A DNA stretch of 64,000 nt from an uncultured Gammaproteobacteria bacterium (lineage in GTDB: Bacteria > Pseudomonadota > Gammaproteobacteria > UBA9214): assembly GCA_963827755.1 (NCBI GenBank), contig CAWHCQ010000021.1:64001-128000 (forward strand). Direction: 5' to 3'. Positions 44,498 to 54,321 of the stretch are shown piece after piece. Both the position numbers and the translations under genes were made by a program. Under the pieces are notes generated by a model. The model was not told the DNA's origin. It saw only the letters and a program-made list of their open reading frames with translations, and did no database searches. The number at the start of each line of letters is the position of its first letter. Position 1 is the first letter of the stretch.

Positions 44498-45166
44498 ATG
44501 ACTGAATCCATACGCCCGACGCTGCGCGAACGCAAGTTCGCCAAGACCCGCCTTGCCCTGGCCGAGGTGGCCGCACAGCACATGGAGATGGCACCCTTCG
44601 AGACGATTTCCGTGAAGGCGCTGTGTGAACGGGTGCAGGTTTCCGAGGCGACCTTCTTTAATTACTTCCCGAAAAAAGACGACCTGATTGTCTACCTGGA
44701 CCATCTGTGGACGCTGGAGCTGAACTGGTATGGACGCCAGTCGGCAGAACAGCATGCCGGACTGGCGGTGATCGATGCCATGTTTCGTTACACCGCCATC
44801 CAGGTGCAGAAAAAGCCGGGGCTGATGGGGGAGATCATCGCCCACGAGGCGAGGGCAAGAACGCGCAGTGCCAACCCGAACATTACCCGGGCAGAGCGCA
44901 TGATGGCGTTCCCGGACCTGGACGGCATTGGCGAGATGGCGGATGACAGCCTCGAGCATATTCTGCGTGCGGCGCTGCAACAGGGCATCGACCGCGGCGA
45001 GTTGCCGGCCAATACCGCGGTGACGGCCGCCATGGTCGGTCTGGTGTCGATCTTCTACGGCGTACCGCTGGCCCTGCAGTACACCAACCCGGCGGCGATC
45101 GGTGCGATGTATCGCCAGCAACTGGCATTGCTCTGGGAAGGCCTGCGGGCCGTGTCTGCTAAATAA
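44498..45166 (+). CDS. TetR/AcrR family transcriptional regulator
   Basis: LRERK..TR, ISVKALCERVQVSEATFFNYFPKKDDL HTH. Confidence 0.92.
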   Translation: MTESIRPTLRERKFAKTRLALAEVAAQHMEMAPFETISVKALCERVQVSEATFFNYFPKKDDLIVYLDHLWTLELNWYGRQSAEQHAGLAVIDAMFRYTAIQVQKKPGLMGEIIAHEARARTRSANPNITRAERMMAFPDLDGIGEMADDSLEHILRAALQQGIDRGELPANTAVTAAMVGLVSIFYGVPLALQYTNPAAIGAMYRQQLALLWEGLRAVSAK

Positions 45167-45370
45167 TCCTGAATGGAGGCTCGGCCGCCGATGCGGTCGC
45201 ATTGCGGTTGAATTGACGCGTGCAGGAGCGCATCGCAAGCGCAATTGACTCTGCTACATCGTAAAACAGGCCTTCCAGATGAAGGGCTCGCAAGGGGCGG
45301 TTGCGGTATATTATGCGCCTGGCCTGAAACACGGGTTACACCATCAAGCTTGCAGTGAGGTGCGGCGACC

Positions 45371-46042
45371 ATGAAGGAACTCGAGTTCTCGACAAAATAC
45401 GACCCTGATCATTCAAAAAACTATTACTTCAAGCACAAGCAGGGGTTACGGCGCCGGTTGACCACCTGGAGAGAGGTGTCGCTTGCCAGAAAGGCGCTGC
45501 AGATTGCCGGCGACCCGCGAACGATTCTCGACCTTCCCTGCGGTGCCGGCCGGTTCTGGCCGATGCTTGCCGAGGACCCCGAGCGCACGCTGTTTGCGGC
45601 GGATAACAGCCAGGCGATGATCGATGTCACTCAAAAATTCCAGGACAAGGCGCTCAGTGCCCGGTTTAAATGTTTCCAGACATCCGCGTTCGCCATCGAT
45701 ATGCCGGATGCGAGTGTTGATAACATTTTCTGTATGCGCCTGCTGCATCACATCGCGGAAGAAGCGGATCGTCTTGCCATCCTGAAAGAGTTTTACAGGG
45801 TCACAAAAAACTCGGTTTGTCTCTCGATGTGGGTCGATGGCAATCTCCAGGCCAGCAGGAGAAAACGGGTTGAAGCCAGGCGTTCGGCCTCGAGAATCAA
45901 CAACCGTATCGTGATCACGGCAGAACAGGCGGAGCGGGAGTACCGGCAGGCCGGTTTTCGCATCCTCGACCACCTCGACCTGTTGCCGGGGATATCCATG
46001 TGGCGCTTTTACATTCTCGAAAAGACGCCTGCCGGGACGTAG
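45371..46042 (+). CDS. Class I SAM-dependent methyltransferase (resembles Pseudomonas WarA/PA4379 family)
   Basis: LEFSTKYD, ILDLPCGAGRFW, ADNS, TSAF, FCMRLLHH, WVDGN. Confidence 0.85.
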   Translation: MKELEFSTKYDPDHSKNYYFKHKQGLRRRLTTWREVSLARKALQIAGDPRTILDLPCGAGRFWPMLAEDPERTLFAADNSQAMIDVTQKFQDKALSARFKCFQTSAFAIDMPDASVDNIFCMRLLHHIAEEADRLAILKEFYRVTKNSVCLSMWVDGNLQASRRKRVEARRSASRINNRIVITAEQAEREYRQAGFRILDHLDLLPGISMWRFYILEKTPAGT

Positions 46043-46094
46043 CGGGGACGCAGACTGCCCGTTCTTCAACGGCCCGCAGGAAGCGGATAGTCAA

Positions 46095-47168
46095 TCAGGA
46101 ACCGGTCACCAGGTACTGGTGCTGCGTGCCCTGTTTCCAGTGGATCACATTAGCCATCGCCCTGCTGGCATAGATTGTCCCGTCTTTTGTAATCATCAGT
46201 ATTTCGTGGACATCCATTTTGTCTGCGATCATCTTCCAGTCCCTGGTCCCGGCGATGAGCAGCGTGGTGGCGGCGGCACTTGCGACCATGGCGCTTTTAT
46301 GGGTCACGGTTACTGACTGTATATCCTTCACCGGCAGGCCGGTGCGCGGGTCGACGATATGCCGGTACACGCGACCTGTTTTTCCGGCCGAATGATTGAA
46401 TGCGCGCACCGTGACCACTGCCTTGTCATCGATGTTTTCCAGTGAGGCTATCAATTCTTTCCCGAAGCGGCCGGGAATGCCGATCCACCAGTCATGATCG
46501 CCCCGCGTACCGATCGTGCGGACATTGCCGCCGATATCGATCATGGCATTGGTTACGCCGAGCGCGGCAAGTCGTTCGATGCCTTTATCCAGCGCAACGC
46601 CGCGGATGATGTCGGTGAATTCCAGTTTTACCAGCCGGTTCCGGCTCGAGACCCTGTTGCCCTTGATAACCAGGTCATCGATCGACGGCTTCTGCGAGAT
46701 TATTACTTCGACACGCTCGTTGACGAGACGCTGGACTTCATCCGGGTAGGGGGATTCACCGCATTCATCCTTGTCGCAATGAAATTCCCAGAAGGCCGTT
46801 AGCTGGCCCGTGGCAGGGTTGAACATTCCATCACTCAGGCTGGATAGTTTGCCGGCATTGCTGATCAGTTCAACGAGGGTGTCGCTGACCTCAATGGATT
46901 GCCCCTTACTGATGGCCTCGTTGAGGCGATGCAATTCGCCTTCCAGCTCGAAGGTGTAGCCGATGGAATCAAGCACCTGCAGGTCTTCTTCCACGCTGAG
47001 CGCAGCTGTTCGTGCTGCATCCGTTGGCTGACCGATAATGGTTATCTGCACAAATGTCCCGAGGGCATTTAACCGGTATTCGAAAGCGTGACCGTTTCGA
47101 TCGCAGCTTGTAAGCAGGAACAGCATGGTTAAAGCCACGAGGGTGGCGAGGGTGAGCTTGTTTTTCAT
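46095..47168 (-). CDS. ApbE/Ftp-family flavin transferase-like lipoprotein, degenerate active site
   Basis: Lipobox LLTSC, ALGTFV, SDGMFNPA, IDIGGNV, W.IGI, YRHIVDPRTG, SVTV; key motifs altered. Confidence 0.85.
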   Translation of the reverse strand: MKNKLTLATLVALTMLFLLTSCDRNGHAFEYRLNALGTFVQITIIGQPTDAARTAALSVEEDLQVLDSIGYTFELEGELHRLNEAISKGQSIEVSDTLVELISNAGKLSSLSDGMFNPATGQLTAFWEFHCDKDECGESPYPDEVQRLVNERVEVIISQKPSIDDLVIKGNRVSSRNRLVKLEFTDIIRGVALDKGIERLAALGVTNAMIDIGGNVRTIGTRGDHDWWIGIPGRFGKELIASLENIDDKAVVTVRAFNHSAGKTGRVYRHIVDPRTGLPVKDIQSVTVTHKSAMVASAAATTLLIAGTRDWKMIADKMDVHEILMITKDGTIYASRAMANVIHWKQGTQHQYLVTGS

Positions 47169-47489
47169 GAAGACACCGGATGGTTTTATGAAGGCGTTGA
47201 TCATATGCATGCAGTTCTCAGAAATAGCCGGTGTTGATCCACATGTGGACCATGATGCTGGCTGTATAGCCTAAAGCTATTACCGGTGTCCAGCGCAAAT
47301 GTCCGAAGAAGGTATACATGCCGCGCGACAGGTAACCAACGGTGTGCGCGTCAGGTCAAGGCCATGGGCGCCCGTGGCTTCAGCGAGCCGGCAGCAATGC
47401 CGGAACAAGCAGCACAGCACGCCGGCCAGCGCGGTGAGACAGATGCTTGATCGTGAGTGTCTGTGTAAGGAATGGCATCTTGGTTCTTC

Positions 47490-49448
47490 TCAGAAAAATA
47501 CATTCATTGTGAGCAGCATGACGACGAGGAACAGCAGCGTCATGATGCCGCCCGCACGCATGAAATCGGGTACCCGGTATCCGCCCGGCCCCATCAGCAG
47601 TGCATTCACCTGGTGTGTCGGGATCAAAAAGGAGTTCGATGTGGCAATGGCCACGGTCAGGGCAAACACGGCGGGGTCTGCACCTGCGGGAATCGCGAGA
47701 TTGACGGCAAGCGGTACCAGCAGCACCGTCGCGCCGACATTCGACATTACCAGCGTGAAAAAGGTCGCCAGCACGGCGAGCGCCGCCTGCAATACCCAGA
47801 CGGGTACCTCACCCAGTATTTCGAGCGTCTGTTGTGCTATCCACGCAGCGGTCCCGGTATTTTCAACGGCCATGCCCAGCGGGATCAGGCTCGCCAGCAG
47901 GAACACGGTTTTCCAGCTGACGGCTTCGTAGGCCTCGTCGATACTGAGCACGCCGGAGAGCACCATGCCGAGTGCGCCGGTCAGCAGGGAAACCGACAGG
48001 CGCAGGTCGGAGAACAGTACCAGGGACAATGCCACGAGAAAGAAAAACAGGGCGTGACCGACTTTTTGCGGGCGGGTCTCCTCGCGTGGATACTCGGTGG
48101 TTACGACGACAAAGTCACGGTTGGATTCGAGTCGTGCCAGTGCATCCCAGGTGGTATGCACCACCAGGGTATCGCCGGCCTGCAGGGGCATGTTGCGTAT
48201 GTCTTCACCTTCGCGCATCGTCTTGCCGGCGCGGTGCAGGCCGATCATGGCGAGGCCGTATGTTTTGCGCATCCATACATCACGTGCACTTTTGCCGATC
48301 AGCTGCGAGCCGGGCGGGATCACGACCTCGGCAACACCGGAACGGCTGGAGGAGAGTGATTCGCTGAAGTTGTTCAGGCCCGCAAGGCGTATCAGTCGAT
48401 ACTTGCCGACGAACTTTTCGACGTCCAGCGGCGCTGCCAGGATGCCGAGCACCATGTTGGCCTCGATGCCGACGTCGCGGGCCAGCGCACCCGGGCCGAT
48501 GCGGGTTTCCTTGTCGCTGCGCAGGGTGGCAATGATGCGTATATGCCCGGAGCTTTCAACATCGTCGAACATGAGGCCGACCAGCGGGCTGTCGGCCGGC
48601 ACCTTTATTTCAAACATCGCGTAGTCGATTCCGTAGACATCCTTGAAATAGCTCATGGTGTTGGAGGCGACGGTGCTGCTTTGGGACTGACCGCTCGGCA
48701 GGACATACTTGCCAAGCAGGAGAAAATAAATAATTCCCGTGGCCACCAGTGCCAGGCCGACCGGGGTGACGCTGAACAGGCCGAAGGCGCTCATTTTCTG
48801 GCCCGGCGGCAACGCCTGGTTGGACGTCATCATCAGGTCGTTGAGCAGGATCAGCGGGCTGGAGCCCACCATGGTGACGGTGCCGCCGAGGATTGCGCAA
48901 AAGCCCATCGGCATGAGCAGGCGTGACAGGGGCAGGCCCGAGCGCGCCGAGATGCGGCTGACAACCGGCAGGAACAGGGCGGCGGCGCCGACGTTTTGCA
49001 TGAAGCTCGAGATGATGGCAACGGTGCCGGAAATCAGCGGGATGATGCGTTTCTCCGTCCTGCCGCCGCGCTTGAGGATAATCCTGGCCACGGTATTCAT
49101 GACACCCGTTTTATCCAGGCCCTTGCCGACAATCATCACGGCAATGATGGAGATCACCGCGTTACTGGAAAACCCGTCGAACAGGTGTTGTGCGGGTACA
49201 AACGGATGATTGAGCCCGAACAGGGGCCCGATAAGCGTCATCAGTCCGAGCAGCACCATGATGCAGATGGCTGCAACGTCGACGCCGACAATTTCAAAGA
49301 CAAAAAGATAGATCGTCAGCAGCAGGATGCACGAAACCCAGGCGACTTCCGGCGTCGGAACGACACCGATGAGCAGATAGCCGATAATCAGAAAGACGAT
49401 GGCGCCGACAACGGGCTTGATCGAAGCCTTTATTGATGATCTGCTCAC
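47490..49448 (-). CDS. SLC13 family permease with TrkA-C (RCK-C) domains
   Basis: GFSSNAVISI, SSFMQNVGA, GGTVTMVGSSP, PPGSQLIGK RCK-C, VMSNVGA, FLIPTHQVN..GPGGY; GTG start with GGAG SD. Confidence 0.92.
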   Translation of the reverse strand: MSRSSIKASIKPVVGAIVFLIIGYLLIGVVPTPEVAWVSCILLLTIYLFVFEIVGVDVAAICIMVLLGLMTLIGPLFGLNHPFVPAQHLFDGFSSNAVISIIAVMIVGKGLDKTGVMNTVARIILKRGGRTEKRIIPLISGTVAIISSFMQNVGAAALFLPVVSRISARSGLPLSRLLMPMGFCAILGGTVTMVGSSPLILLNDLMMTSNQALPPGQKMSAFGLFSVTPVGLALVATGIIYFLLLGKYVLPSGQSQSSTVASNTMSYFKDVYGIDYAMFEIKVPADSPLVGLMFDDVESSGHIRIIATLRSDKETRIGPGALARDVGIEANMVLGILAAPLDVEKFVGKYRLIRLAGLNNFSESLSSSRSGVAEVVIPPGSQLIGKSARDVWMRKTYGLAMIGLHRAGKTMREGEDIRNMPLQAGDTLVVHTTWDALARLESNRDFVVVTTEYPREETRPQKVGHALFFFLVALSLVLFSDLRLSVSLLTGALGMVLSGVLSIDEAYEAVSWKTVFLLASLIPLGMAVENTGTAAWIAQQTLEILGEVPVWVLQAALAVLATFFTLVMSNVGATVLLVPLAVNLAIPAGADPAVFALTVAIATSNSFLIPTHQVNALLMGPGGYRVPDFMRAGGIMTLLFLVVMLLTMNVFF

Positions 49449-49547
49449 GTGCTACTCCGGTAAAAATATATGCACGGCAAAACCTTTATATGGCATTACT
49501 GTGCGGGACTGACCTGCAGGATATACGGTCCTGGCGACCGCGGTAAT

Positions 49548-49853
49548 TCAGGCGGGGTGAGGCGTCGCGGGCGGACCGTGGAGGATAAGGCTGGAGTACG
49601 CGTCACTGTTTGCAAGCGGTGATAATCCATTGCCATGAATTGCCGGGCCGGGGAATGGCGCTACGCTTGCAGGCAGGCACGGCACGCGGGATACAGTCTT
49701 GTCATCATCATCGGATGTGTCGGTTGCTTCTGACTTGATTTCTGTTTCCACCGGCGTGCACTCGGCCAGGCTGTTAACGCTGGCAGACAGGAAGACGGCC
49801 GTCAACAGCGCCAGCCACAGCCAGTGCGAGGATTTTTTACGGTCGGCAGGCAT
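49548..49853 (-). CDS. Small exported leader protein with C-terminal HGPP motif (putative ribosome-arrest peptide)
   Basis: N-terminal signal peptide (RKK-WLWLALLTAVFLSASVNSLA), acidic linker DTSDDDDK, Pro-rich spacer, ILHGPP six residues before the stop. Confidence 0.6.
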   Translation of the reverse strand: MPADRKKSSHWLWLALLTAVFLSASVNSLAECTPVETEIKSEATDTSDDDDKTVSRVPCLPASVAPFPGPAIHGNGLSPLANSDAYSSLILHGPPATPHPA

Positions 49854-50020
49854 CAGTCGATTTTGCTCTCGGAACCGGTTTGCGGGGGCTTCTTGTCGAT
49901 AAGAATATAACAAGATAGTGATTTAGCGTCAAAGCCGGCTGTTTCTCTGCGCGCGCTATCCGCTAACGGACCCGGGTGGACAGCGGTGCTGCGGCGGCTG
50001 ACTGGATGTGGCGGGGCCCG

Positions 50021-50038
50021 GTGGTGTGGCCACACCAC
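50021..50038. repeat. Perfect 18-bp palindrome
   Basis: GTGGTGTGGCCACACCAC in the intergenic gap 49854-50085. Confidence 0.7.
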
Positions 50039-50085
50039 GGCGGGATTTGCCCCTTTCAGGGGTTGCTGACTTGAGCGCCGGGCTC

Positions 50086-50685
50086 CTAGCGGACGTTGAA
50101 AGAGTCCCGCGCACTGTCGAGCGATTCCTGCCAGGCCCGGGTGAACCGTGGCCACCAGTCCGGTTGCCTGTCCTGCAACCATTCGCGGGATGCCTCGATG
50201 AACCAGCGGCCGATGGCGGGCAGGTTGTGCTTCCTGAAGTGTGCAATACGCTTGCCGATGCGCGCACTCAGCGGCGGCCTGGCAAGCATTTCCAGCAAGG
50301 TGTATTCGCGTTGCTTGGCGGCCCAGAGTTCACTGTTGATGTTGCGTTCCAGTTTCAACAGACGTTGCTTCAGCTGTTCCAGTTCCAGGTTCGGGGTAGT
50401 TGCCTGGTTTGTTTGCACCCGCATCTTGATGCGTTTTTCCAGCAGCGCGACGCGCTGCTGCAGGTTTTCAAGATCAATCGGGCCGCGCTGTGCCGGCATA
50501 TGCACGGTGCCGCTCTTGACCGGAAAGACCCTGGTTCCCGGAATGGCCGTGCCGGCGGATTGCCGGGCCGGGCGCGCCGGGGGGGCAGGGTGTGTGCCGG
50601 GTCGGCCATTGGCCCGGGCGGCGATATGGGCTGTCTCCTGTGGATCGGTATCGCTGTCAGTTTGGCCAAATTCCAGAAGCCTCAT
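50086..50685 (-). CDS. Hypothetical protein (Pro-rich N-terminus, coiled coil, Trp-rich C-terminus)
   Basis: 3' part of the long antisense ORF; heptad segments LENLQQRVALLEKRI and LEQLKQRLLKLERNI; start uncertain. Confidence 0.55.
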   Translation of the reverse strand: MRLLEFGQTDSDTDPQETAHIAARANGRPGTHPAPPARPARQSAGTAIPGTRVFPVKSGTVHMPAQRGPIDLENLQQRVALLEKRIKMRVQTNQATTPNLELEQLKQRLLKLERNINSELWAAKQREYTLLEMLARPPLSARIGKRIAHFRKHNLPAIGRWFIEASREWLQDRQPDWWPRFTRAWQESLDSARDSFNVR

Positions 50686-50841
50686 GCCTTTTACCCTATC
50701 TTGTGTGATTTCCGGGATTCTACCACAATATGTACCAATATATAGTCTTTTGAAGCGCATTGATCCGCGACAGCCGCCGATTACCTGAATCGCGGTGAAC
50801 GGCGTAGAATCGCGGTTAATTTTTTTCAGCAGGCCTGGACA

Positions 50842-52734
50842 GTGACGGCACCCGCAAAAACATATGACGTGATCGTGGTCGGCGGCGGCCATGCAGGTAC
50901 CGAGGCCGCGCTGGCGGCGGCGCGGTCGGGTGCGCGCACCCTGTTGCTGACACACAACTTCGAGACCCTCGGGCAAATGAGCTGTAACCCGGCCATCGGC
51001 GGGATCGGCAAGAGCCACCTGGTGAAGGAAATCGATGCGCTTGGCGGGTTGATGGCGCTGGCCGCCGATCGGGCCGGAATCCATTTCCGGGTCCTCAATG
51101 GCAGCAAGGGCCCGGCCGTGCGCGCGACCCGGGCCCAGGCCGACCGGATGCTCTACCGGCAGGCAGTGCGCCGGCACCTGGAACACCAGCCGGGCCTGCA
51201 ATTGTTCCAGCAGGCCGTCGATGACCTGATCGTCGAGGGCGAGCGGGTCAGCGGTGTCGTTACCGCCATGGGGCTGCGTTTTTTTGCGCCCACCGTGGTG
51301 CTGACGGTCGGCACTTTCCTCGGTGGCCGCATTCATATCGGCAAGACCAGCACGGCCGGTGGCCGTGCCGGTGATCCGCCGGCCAATGCGCTGGCCGCGC
51401 GCTTGCGTGAACTGCCGCTGCGTGTCGAGCGCCTGAAGACAGGTACGCCACCGCGTATTGACGGGCGCAGCATTGATTATTCGCAGCTGCAGGCACAACC
51501 CGGTGACCGGCCATTGCCGGTGATGTCCTTTCTCGGCAGGCGCGAAGACCATCCGCGGCAGCTGGATTGCCACATCACCCGTACCAACAGCCGCACCCAC
51601 GACATCATCCGTGCCGGGCTGGCGGACTCGCCGATGTACAGCGGCGCCATCCAGGGGACGGGACCGCGGTATTGTCCGTCGATCGAGGACAAGGTGGTGC
51701 GCTTTGCCGACCGGGACAGCCACCAGGTGTTCGTTGAGCCGGAAGGGCTTGATACCCATGAGGTTTATCCGAACGGTATTTCGACCAGCCTGTCCTTTGC
51801 CGTGCAGGAACAACTGGTGCATTCCATGGCCGGGTTTGAATCCGCCCATATCACGCGCCCCGGCTATGCCATTGAATATGATTTCTTTGATCCGCGTGAC
51901 CTGAAGCACTCGCTCGAGACCAAGGTCATCAGCGGCCTGTATTTTGCCGGGCAGATCAATGGCACCACCGGCTACGAGGAGGCCGCCGCCCAGGGCCTGC
52001 TGGCCGGACTGAATGCCGCGCGCCGCACGCGGGACCTGGAACCCTGGCTGCCAGGGCGCGACGAGGCCTATATAGGGGTGCTCGTTGACGACCTGGTGAC
52101 GCTCGGCACCAGCGAGCCCTACCGGATGTTCACCAGCCGCGCCGAATACCGGCTGCTGTTACGCCAGGATAATGCAGACCTGCGCCTGACAGCGGTCGGG
52201 CGCGAAATGGGGCTGGTCGACGACCACCGCTGGGCGCATTTCAGCGCCAGGCGCGAGGCCATTGAAGCCGAACAGCAGCGCCTGCAAACCCTGCTGGTGC
52301 GCCCCGACACGCCGGCGGCGGACGGCCTCGCGGAAATACTCGATAAACCGCTGCGCCGCGAACAATATGCCCATGAATTGCTGCGTCGCCCGGAAGTCAG
52401 CTACCGTGCATTGACAGCGATTGAAGGCTTCGGACCCGGTGTTGCGGATGAGCAGGTGGCCGAGCAGGTGGATATCCAGGCAAGCTACTCCGGCTACCTC
52501 GATCGGCAGCTGGCAGAGATCGAGCGGGCGCATCACAACCGCGAACAACCACTGGCGGTGAATTTCGATTACAATGCAGTCCGGGGGCTTTCCAATGAAG
52601 TCTGTGAGAAACTGCTGGCTGTCAGACCGGAGACCATTGGTCAGGCTGCACGGATTCCAGGCGTCACACCGGCGGCGGTATCCCTGTTGCTGGTTCATTT
52701 AAAAAAACACCGGGCGTTGGCAAAAACCGCCTGA
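50842..52734 (+). CDS. mnmG: tRNA uridine-5-carboxymethylaminomethyl modification enzyme MnmG (GidA)
   Basis: [58 protein letters not shown]. Confidence 0.98.
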   Translation: MTAPAKTYDVIVVGGGHAGTEAALAAARSGARTLLLTHNFETLGQMSCNPAIGGIGKSHLVKEIDALGGLMALAADRAGIHFRVLNGSKGPAVRATRAQADRMLYRQAVRRHLEHQPGLQLFQQAVDDLIVEGERVSGVVTAMGLRFFAPTVVLTVGTFLGGRIHIGKTSTAGGRAGDPPANALAARLRELPLRVERLKTGTPPRIDGRSIDYSQLQAQPGDRPLPVMSFLGRREDHPRQLDCHITRTNSRTHDIIRAGLADSPMYSGAIQGTGPRYCPSIEDKVVRFADRDSHQVFVEPEGLDTHEVYPNGISTSLSFAVQEQLVHSMAGFESAHITRPGYAIEYDFFDPRDLKHSLETKVISGLYFAGQINGTTGYEEAAAQGLLAGLNAARRTRDLEPWLPGRDEAYIGVLVDDLVTLGTSEPYRMFTSRAEYRLLLRQDNADLRLTAVGREMGLVDDHRWAHFSARREAIEAEQQRLQTLLVRPDTPAADGLAEILDKPLRREQYAHELLRRPEVSYRALTAIEGFGPGVADEQVAEQVDIQASYSGYLDRQLAEIERAHHNREQPLAVNFDYNAVRGLSNEVCEKLLAVRPETIGQAARIPGVTPAAVSLLLVHLKKHRALAKTA

Positions 52735-52758
52735 ACAGGGCCACTACCATGACAGGTC

Positions 52759-53460
52759 ATGTATACCGGACTTTATAACCGTAAACGCAAGGGACGCAGC
52801 AACGACGCTGCCGACCCTGGTGAGTTGCTTGAAAACGGTATCTACGAGCTGGGTCTGGAAGAGCGCCTCGCCGGTGACAATCTGCTGATGGAGTATGTTA
52901 CCGAGCTGCTCAACTGGAACCGTGTCTATAACCTGACATCGGTTCGCAAACCTGCCGACATCATCACCCGTCATATCCTCGATAGTCTGACACTTGTTCC
53001 GCACCTGAACGGCGAGCGTATACTCGATGTGGGTACCGGCGCCGGCCTGCCGGGTATCGTTCTTGCAATTGCCTGTCCGGAACTTGAATTCGTATTGCTG
53101 GACAGCAGCAGCAAGAAATTGCGCTTCGTGCAGCAGACGCTCGGCATATTGCAGCTGGAGAATGTTACGCTCGAAAACTGCCGGCTGGAGGAATACCGGC
53201 CGGATGTCCTGTTTGACACCATTATATGCCGCGCCTTTTCAGACCTGCCGGATTTCTACCGCCATAGCGCTCACCTGTGCGCTGACAACGGCCGCATGCT
53301 GGCCATGAAAGGCGTGTACCCGATGACCGAAATCGAGTGCCTGAATGACAAGACCCTGATTGATGATGTCGTCGCACTGAAGGTGCCCGGCCTGGATGCC
53401 GAGCGTCACCTGGTAATCATGCATGCGGCGCAGGCAAACCAGGCCGCAGGTACCCAGTAA
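52759..53460 (+). CDS. rsmG: 16S rRNA m7G527 methyltransferase RsmG (GidB)
   Basis: WNRVYNLTS, HILDSL, DVGTGAGLPG, RAF, MKG. Confidence 0.95.
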   Translation: MYTGLYNRKRKGRSNDAADPGELLENGIYELGLEERLAGDNLLMEYVTELLNWNRVYNLTSVRKPADIITRHILDSLTLVPHLNGERILDVGTGAGLPGIVLAIACPELEFVLLDSSSKKLRFVQQTLGILQLENVTLENCRLEEYRPDVLFDTIICRAFSDLPDFYRHSAHLCADNGRMLAMKGVYPMTEIECLNDKTLIDDVVALKVPGLDAERHLVIMHAAQANQAAGTQ

Positions 53461-53463
53461 CCC

Positions 53464-54273
53464 GTGGGACAGATACTCGCAGTCACGAATCAGAAAGGCG
53501 GTGTTGGCAAGACCACCACCAGCGTCAACATGGCCGCTTCGCTGGCCGAGACCGGCAAGCGCGTCTTGCTGATAGATCTCGATGCACAGGGCAATGCGAC
53601 CATGGGCAGCGGTATCGACAAGCATGATGTCGAAAAGACCGGTTACGACGTGCTGATGGACCACGCGGAAGTGCGCGACGTCACGCTGCATGCAAGCAGT
53701 GCCGGCTATGACCTGCTGCCGGGCAACAGTGACCTGACAGCCGCCGAGGTCGAGCTGCTGAACAAGGACAACGCCGACCGCCGGCTGCGCTCTGCCCTGA
53801 CCTATGTGCAGAATGACTATGATCTGGTGATCATCGATTGTCCGCCGTCGCTCAGCATGTTGACGATCAATGCGCTGGCGGCTGCGCACGGCGTTCTCAT
53901 CCCGATCCAGTGTGAATACTATGCGCTGGAAGGTTTATCCGCACTGCTGGATACGGTGGAAAAGGTGCGCGACAACATCAACCCGGAACTGGAGATAGAG
54001 GGCCTGTTGCGCACCATGTACGATGCGCGCAATAACCTCGCCAATGACGTGTCCGCACAATTGCAGCAGCATTTTGGCGACAAGCTGTACCGCACCATAA
54101 TTCCGCGCAACGTGCGCCTGGCAGAGGCACCCAGCCACGGCATGCCGGTCATCCGTTATGACAGGGGCTCGCGCGGTGCCATGGCCTATCTTGCGCTCGC
54201 CGGCGAATACAACCGGCGCCATCCCTCGGCAAACGTGGTGCGGGAAACGCAGACTGCCGGCAAGACAGCCTGA
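53464..54273 (+). CDS. parA: Chromosome partitioning ATPase ParA/Soj
   Basis: NQKGGVGKTT, DLDAQGNAT, DCPP, QCEYYALEG, RLAEAPS. Confidence 0.96.
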   Translation: MGQILAVTNQKGGVGKTTTSVNMAASLAETGKRVLLIDLDAQGNATMGSGIDKHDVEKTGYDVLMDHAEVRDVTLHASSAGYDLLPGNSDLTAAEVELLNKDNADRRLRSALTYVQNDYDLVIIDCPPSLSMLTINALAAAHGVLIPIQCEYYALEGLSALLDTVEKVRDNINPELEIEGLLRTMYDARNNLANDVSAQLQQHFGDKLYRTIIPRNVRLAEAPSHGMPVIRYDRGSRGAMAYLALAGEYNRRHPSANVVRETQTAGKTA

Positions 54274-54321
54274 TCGCGCAGTTCAAACCTGTAGTCGTCA
54301 ATCATTGAAACGGTAACCGAA

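Noticed and set aside
42522-50832. TTTTCAGCAG at 42522 and 50823 as attL/attR of an mnmE island
   Set aside because: Only 10 bp, does not include the terminal mnmE bases used by known islands, and no integrase is present
50686-50841. E. coli-type oriC upstream of mnmG (gidA)
   Set aside because: No DnaA-box cluster, 13-mers or GATC enrichment seen
50686-51909. 5' two-thirds of the 607-aa minus-strand ORF
   Set aside because: Antisense shadow of mnmG; only the part from ~50685 is plausibly coding
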